Source: Tubiluchus corallicola
Lineage: Eukaryota > Animalia > Priapulida
DNA: 64,000 nucleotides
Reading direction: 5' to 3'
Assembly: GCA_030141605.1 (NCBI GenBank)
Contig: JAQGDQ010000018.1
Coordinates: 372,001 to 436,000 of the forward strand
Numbering within the stretch: the stretch's first letter is position 1; every line of letters begins with the position of its first letter. The notes under the pieces were generated by a model, which had not been told where the DNA came from, did not search any database, and saw only the letters and a list, made by a program, of their open reading frames with translations. Shown piece after piece: positions 61,701 through 64,000 of this stretch. Position numbers and translations under genes: made by a program.

Positions 61701-64000
61701 ACAAGAAGCTTTTAATAGTTTAACAATAAATTTAACAGAGCAAAGGTAAACAATTAGAACAAGAGAGAAATAAAAAGGGGAAGGAGAAGTATTGTTTCAA
61801 TGGGAAAAATGCCTTGACCAGATGGCAACATACTGCTCAAACAAAAGATGGTTTTAATAGCTTAATAATAAATTTAACAGGACAAACCTAAACAATAGAA
61901 CGAAAGAGAAATAAAAATGGGAGAGAGAGAGAGAGAGACAGAGAGAGAGAAAGAGAGAGAGAGAGAGAAAGTGAGAGATGGCAGAGTTGAGAGAAAGAGA
62001 GAGAAGAGAAGGGGAAGACAGAAAGTAAAGTCTTGTACAAAAAGACAGAAGGAGAGAAAGAAAAGTTGTGCCTTAACCGAAATGAGTTTGCGGGCATCCA
62101 TGCAGAAGTCAAGGTCATTGGGTTTTGATACCATTTATTAATTTAACTAAAATTCATGAAAATAAAGTTGTAAACTTGCTACATTAATTAAACTGGTGTA
62201 ACTTTTTACTAACTTTCAATGATTGTTCGACCACTAGTGACTAGTGCAAGTTTCTCGAAAAATAGTTTCAACAAAGAGATATATGAACATACACATGAAA
62301 ATAATGAACGTACCAGTTTGGAGTGACCTGTCAAAAACCTGAATATCTTTCACTTTGTTACTGAGATCGCGTCGAACAATGGTAACAGGTGACTTCAAAT
62401 TTTTTTGCACCCGTCTTATGGATCCTCCATCAACTGACCTGTAACATTTATTGCTAGAGTGCAATTTCGGAGTAAACAGCCTGCACAAAAACTAGTCTGA
62501 ATATTATTTCTATACATGAGTTTCACCAAACTAATCACAACAATTTTAAACAATTCTGCCAGTCTATTGTATCATCTTATAGAGTCATTCCTGATAATGG
62601 GTAGGGTTCCAGTTCTGCCATAATCATTCAACATTAACGGCCAGATTTGAGTTTGCAATGTACTTAACTGAATAAGTTTTACAATTTGTTAGGGTTGCGA
62701 AGAACATATCTCATATAAATAATGACTGTTACGACACATTTGTTATTTAATAATTTTAAGACTATGTAGGCAATTCCTTTTTATCTATAACAGTGAAAAC
62801 GGCAAAAATAAAATACAGCTAATAAATTTAAAAAAATAGTTCAAATGACATACAAATGATAAGAAATCAGCAATTCGCTATGTTACAACAATTGCTACCT
62901 GATGCAATAAAAAAATCGTCATTGCATTTTTAAAAATGCAATTTCTGACAATTTAAACATGAGATAAGAGGCACTATTGAAAAGTCTGCCACAAAAACGT
63001 AGAATGGACAACTAGCTAACCAAAGATTGTGATCTTATAACCCGAAAAAAGGAAGGCAAATCACTGAAACCTGTATTATGGCATGCCTGATAACGACAGA
63101 TCTATTTTGAAGTACAAATTTAAGCTAATTATTTTTTTACAATGTACTTTGTGTGTTTACTCAAATGCATGCAAATAATTTTTTGCAATGTTTGCACCGC
63201 CATTTTCAAGTTGCTATTTTAAATGTATTTATGAAGAAATTACGCAAAAACTAATAACTGCCCATTTGATGGTCATGATGGATGAATGTAAGAAAAAAAT
63301 GGTGTTATTTCTTTATCAGTCTAAGTAAATAATCGTAAATTTGTTTGACCAAATATTTTTTTACATGGATTGTTTATATTTTCCCTTTATTGTCTATGAA
63401 ATGCTAAAGTGCTGGCAAATATATGCTCCAATCTTATAGTGAAAATTGTGATCACTCGAGTGCTAATTGCATTGTTTAAATAAGAAGTTAATGACAGTTG
63501 TTACACTAAGTGAAATGCAGTTTCTCCCAACAGGGATTATCAGAACTAATGTTCTTACTAGTCACTGTTCATTTTCTTTTCATCACTAGTGAAATTAAGC
63601 AAAAAATAAAACTCACCAGTCAACCCAGTAAACATAATTGCCAAAGACAGTAAGCGTCACAGGGTCCGTAATATTCTCCGGCTCTTGTACAATCACACTG
63701 TGACTTGTATTATCAAAGTGTATTCGTTCTATGGAATTCCTTCGTTTATCGCAGAAATACAAATAATTTCCCTGCAAAAAATAATTCAAGATGAAAAGGA
63801 AGAATTCATATAACAAACATATAGGAGCCGACAGTGAGTATTAAGTATCCGTAATATACTAACCTCATAGTCGACAGTGATGTCACGAATATCTCTGATG
63901 TTAACAGAATACGAACTGTTAATAAGTGTCATAATTTCAGAACCGTCTAGGTAAGCTCTGTGAACAAATTTTCCATCTTCAGTTGTCCAGAATAAGTACC
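25568..64000 (-). CDS. LRP1: LRP1 (low-density lipoprotein receptor-related protein 1) orthologue, 3' half, 50 exons, 5'-partial at the window edge
   Basis: Exons joined manually with GT-AG sites and matching phases. Domain order: YWTD/EGF, 10 LDLa, EGF-EGF-YWTD-EGF, 11 LDLa, EGF, YWTD with RMKR|Q, EGF array, [11 protein letters not shown] and [11 protein letters not shown]. The 10+11 cluster sizes, furin position and tail motifs fit LRP1 rather than LRP2/megalin. Confidence 0.93.
26680..26906 (-). CDS. LRP1: LRP1 exon (transmembrane helix and proximal NPxY)
   Basis: [28 protein letters not shown]...[20 protein letters not shown]. Confidence 0.93.
26998..27470. repeat. Intronic minisatellite, ~30-36-bp unit (GTATCAACTTGCACGGGGATGACAACCATGAGCAA-like)
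   Basis: More than ten diverged copies of ...TTGCA.GGG.ATGACA... Confidence 0.85.
27834..27901 (-). CDS. LRP1: LRP1 exon (last EGF, juxtamembrane)
   Basis: [22 protein letters not shown]; TAG/GTGC. Confidence 0.85.
28033..28152 (-). CDS. LRP1: LRP1 exon (EGF stalk)
   Basis: [39 protein letters not shown]. Confidence 0.88.
28552..28715 (-). CDS. LRP1: LRP1 exon (EGF stalk)
   Basis: [25 protein letters not shown]...CKNGGTC; AAG acceptor. Confidence 0.88.
28860..28920. repeat. (GA)n microsatellite
   Basis: Direct inspection. Confidence 0.85.
28950..29050 (-). CDS. LRP1: LRP1 exon (EGF stalk)
   Basis: [33 protein letters not shown]. Confidence 0.88.
29380..29649 (-). CDS. LRP1: LRP1 exon (EGF stalk)
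   Basis: [22 protein letters not shown]...[13 protein letters not shown]. Confidence 0.9.
29841..30001 (-). CDS. LRP1: LRP1 exon (EGF stalk)
   Basis: [26 protein letters not shown]...FKCDCLK. Confidence 0.88.
30289..30393 (-). CDS. LRP1: LRP1 exon (EGF stalk)
   Basis: [34 protein letters not shown]. Confidence 0.9.
30540..30800 (-). mobile_element. 5S rRNA-derived SINE-like relic or 5S pseudogene fragment
   Basis: Minus strand ATCAACTGAAGTTAAGTAACACCAAGACTGGTTCAGTGAATAGATTTGTGACCGCTGGG aligns by eye with the 5S box A to box C region. Confidence 0.45.
31225..31326 (-). CDS. LRP1: LRP1 exon (EGF stalk)
   Basis: [33 protein letters not shown]. Confidence 0.88.
31476..31548 (-). CDS. LRP1: LRP1 exon (EGF stalk)
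   Basis: [23 protein letters not shown]. Confidence 0.88.
31850..32008 (-). CDS. LRP1: LRP1 exon (EGF)
   Basis: [38 protein letters not shown]. Confidence 0.87.
32880..33083 (-). CDS. LRP1: LRP1 exon (propeller end)
   Basis: [16 protein letters not shown]...[13 protein letters not shown]. Confidence 0.9.
33467..33681 (-). CDS. LRP1: LRP1 exon (YWTD propeller)
   Basis: [19 protein letters not shown]...LYWADAK. Confidence 0.93.
33792..33970 (-). CDS. LRP1: LRP1 exon (YWTD propeller)
   Basis: [28 protein letters not shown]...[11 protein letters not shown]. Confidence 0.92.
34811..35070 (-). CDS. LRP1: LRP1 exon (last propeller, furin site RMKR|Q)
   Basis: [11 protein letters not shown]...[15 protein letters not shown]; TAG/GTAGGT. 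Confidence 0.88.
35964..36107 (-). CDS. LRP1: LRP1 exon (EGF)
   Basis: [31 protein letters not shown]...TCKAQ. Confidence 0.9.
36589..36699 (-). CDS. LRP1: LRP1 exon, LDLa cluster IV repeat 11
   Basis: [33 protein letters not shown]. Confidence 0.92.
37072..37185 (-). CDS. LRP1: LRP1 exon, LDLa cluster IV repeat 10
   Basis: [35 protein letters not shown]. Confidence 0.92.
38144..38272 (-). CDS. LRP1: LRP1 exon, LDLa cluster IV repeat 9
   Basis: [42 protein letters not shown]. Confidence 0.92.
40100..40336 (-). CDS. LRP1: LRP1 exon, LDLa cluster IV repeats 7-8
   Basis: [11 protein letters not shown]...[23 protein letters not shown]. Confidence 0.93.
40846..40981. repeat. Interlocking inverted repeats
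   Basis: 27-bp perfect IR (40846-40872 / 40902-40928) and 25-bp IR with 1 mismatch (40871-40895 / 40957-40981). Confidence 0.9.
42286..42480 (-). CDS. LRP1: LRP1 exon, LDLa cluster IV repeats 5-6
   Basis: [22 protein letters not shown]...[24 protein letters not shown]. Confidence 0.93.
44213..44380 (-). CDS. LRP1: LRP1 exon, LDLa cluster IV repeat 4 and start of 5
   Basis: [54 protein letters not shown]. Confidence 0.9.
44704..44823 (-). CDS. LRP1: LRP1 exon, LDLa cluster IV repeat 3
   Basis: [38 protein letters not shown]. Confidence 0.92.
45444..45664 (-). CDS. LRP1: LRP1 exon, LDLa cluster IV repeats 1-2
   Basis: [31 protein letters not shown]...[16 protein letters not shown]. Confidence 0.93.
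46353..46497 (-). CDS. LRP1: LRP1 exon (EGF)
   Basis: [31 protein letters not shown]...CIANCT. Confidence 0.92.
46755..47146 (-). CDS. LRP1: LRP1 exon (YWTD propeller)
   Basis: [20 protein letters not shown]...IYWSDWETK...[16 protein letters not shown]. Confidence 0.93.
47565..47755 (-). CDS. LRP1: LRP1 exon (YWTD propeller)
   Basis: [31 protein letters not shown]. Confidence 0.93.
47820..48010 (+). mobile_element. Possible degenerate tRNA-headed SINE
   Basis: A-box-like AGAGTGGTTA followed by B-box-like GGGTTCAATACT; no intact cloverleaf. Confidence 0.3.
48289..48494 (-). CDS. LRP1: LRP1 exon (YWTD propeller)
   Basis: [14 protein letters not shown]...[19 protein letters not shown]; AAG acceptor. 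Confidence 0.9.
49207..49335 (-). CDS. LRP1: LRP1 exon (Ca-binding EGF)
   Basis: [43 protein letters not shown]. Confidence 0.9.
49476..49566. mobile_element. ~90-bp MITE with telomere-like core
   Basis: TTTACAATTCCCCACA / TGTGGGGAATTGTAAA inverted repeat; internal CCTAAC repeats; flanks (C)AAGCAGAT / (C)AAGCACAT as an 8-9-bp TSD with 1 mismatch. Confidence 0.7.
49786..49908 (-). CDS. LRP1: LRP1 exon (EGF)
   Basis: [40 protein letters not shown]. Confidence 0.92.
50203..50331 (-). CDS. LRP1: LRP1 exon, LDLa cluster III repeat 10
   Basis: [37 protein letters not shown]. Confidence 0.92.
50639..50761 (-). CDS. LRP1: LRP1 exon, LDLa cluster III repeat 9
   Basis: [40 protein letters not shown]. 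Confidence 0.92.
50862..51773. mobile_element. Tc1/mariner-pogo (Tigger-like) non-autonomous element
   Basis: 26-bp TIR CAGTAGGTGCCGCTTAATAGACTCAC / revcomp CAGTAGGCGCCGCTTAATGGACTCAC; TA on the left, CA (mutated TA) on the right. Confidence 0.8.
51807..51929 (-). CDS. LRP1: LRP1 exon, LDLa cluster III repeat 8
   Basis: [38 protein letters not shown]. Confidence 0.92.
52114..52242 (-). CDS. LRP1: LRP1 exon, LDLa cluster III repeat 7
   Basis: [40 protein letters not shown]. Confidence 0.9.
52956..53072 (-). CDS. LRP1: LRP1 exon, LDLa cluster III repeat 6
   Basis: [38 protein letters not shown]. Confidence 0.92.
53355..53477 (-). CDS. LRP1: LRP1 exon, LDLa cluster III repeat 5
   Basis: [37 protein letters not shown]. 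Confidence 0.92.
54706..54855 (-). CDS. LRP1: LRP1 exon, LDLa cluster III repeat 4 (long C1-C2 loop, as in LRP1 CR14)
   Basis: [48 protein letters not shown]. Confidence 0.9.
54965..55900 (-). mobile_element. 5'-truncated, decayed CR1/Crack-clade LINE
   Basis: Minus-strand peptides [20 protein letters not shown] and SHNTR...[21 protein letters not shown], typical of the ORF2 C-terminus; AATAAA and (TAA/TTA)n tail. Confidence 0.75.
56049..56153 (-). CDS. LRP1: LRP1 exon, LDLa cluster III repeat 3
   Basis: [34 protein letters not shown]. Confidence 0.92.
56420..56830 (+). mobile_element. Microsatellite-bearing interspersed repeat with CT-rich tract
   Basis: Polypyrimidine tract at 56600-56790; segment 56530-56585 resembles the revcomp of 62055-62115. 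Confidence 0.5.
57223..57339 (-). CDS. LRP1: LRP1 exon, LDLa cluster III repeat 2
   Basis: [37 protein letters not shown]. Confidence 0.9.
57580..57705 (-). CDS. LRP1: LRP1 exon, LDLa cluster III repeat 1
   Basis: [37 protein letters not shown]. Confidence 0.92.
57939..58067 (-). CDS. LRP1: LRP1 exon (EGF)
   Basis: [42 protein letters not shown]; AAG acceptor. Confidence 0.85.
58833..59028 (-). CDS. LRP1: LRP1 exon (YWTD propeller end)
   Basis: [17 protein letters not shown]...[14 protein letters not shown]. Confidence 0.92.
59168..59372 (-). CDS. LRP1: LRP1 exon (YWTD propeller)
   Basis: [17 protein letters not shown]...[14 protein letters not shown]. Confidence 0.92.
59524..59707 (-). 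CDS. LRP1: LRP1 exon (YWTD propeller)
   Basis: [21 protein letters not shown]...[12 protein letters not shown]. Confidence 0.9.
60791..61024 (-). CDS. LRP1: LRP1 exon (YWTD propeller)
   Basis: YDAFLMYS...[27 protein letters not shown]. Confidence 0.9.
61144..61266 (-). CDS. LRP1: LRP1 exon (EGF)
   Basis: [40 protein letters not shown]; not in ORF track. Confidence 0.9.
61654..62135 (-). repeat. ~142-bp tandem duplication, (GA)n tract and interspersed-repeat segment
   Basis: TTCAAT...AAAATGCCTTGA.CAGATGGCAA.ATACTGCT copies start near 61654 and 61796; GA tract at 61920-62020. Confidence 0.75.
62314..62438 (-). CDS. LRP1: LRP1 exon (end of propeller)
   Basis: [12 protein letters not shown]...[11 protein letters not shown]; CAG/GTAC. 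Confidence 0.85.
63617..63771 (-). CDS. LRP1: LRP1 exon (YWTD propeller)
   Basis: GNYLYFCD...GNYVYWVDW; CAG acceptor, GTGAGT donor. Confidence 0.9.
63864..64000 (-). CDS. LRP1: LRP1 exon (YWTD propeller), at window edge
   Basis: [20 protein letters not shown]...ITVDYE; GTTAGT donor. Confidence 0.85.

Noticed and set aside
61874-62141. Low-complexity ORFs (SLSL.../ERER...), also at 28803-29024
   Set aside because: Translations of GA/CT microsatellites
25568-64000. LRP2/megalin or vitellogenin receptor assignment
   Set aside because: The furin site in the last propeller, the long EGF stalk, the CR14-type loop and the short tail with NVEI.NP.Y and TNF.NP.Y..L fit LRP1

Overview
This is AT-rich animal (invertebrate-like) genomic DNA, not prokaryotic, so most entries in the ORF track are exon fragments or spurious frames. 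Positions 25568-64000 carry the 3' half of a minus-strand LRP1 orthologue. I traced 50 coding exons by hand with GT-AG boundaries and consistent phases. They encode YWTD propellers, LDLa cluster III (10 repeats), LDLa cluster IV (11 repeats), a furin site RMKR|Q, 11 membrane-proximal EGF modules, a TM helix and a tail with two NPxY motifs. The gene continues beyond the right edge, and a probable ~2.1-kb 3' UTR ends near 23450. Positions 1-23400 show no recognisable gene and contain transposon debris, including a triple-nested set of non-autonomous DNA elements (hAT-like > MULE-like > Helentron-like). The best leads are a 99-nt stop-containing cassette-like exon inside cluster III, an interlocking inverted-repeat structure in an intron, an array of U1-complementary sites, and changes in LRP1 EGF module number. 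I cannot confirm a wholly new biological system from sequence alone, and the organism is not identifiable here.
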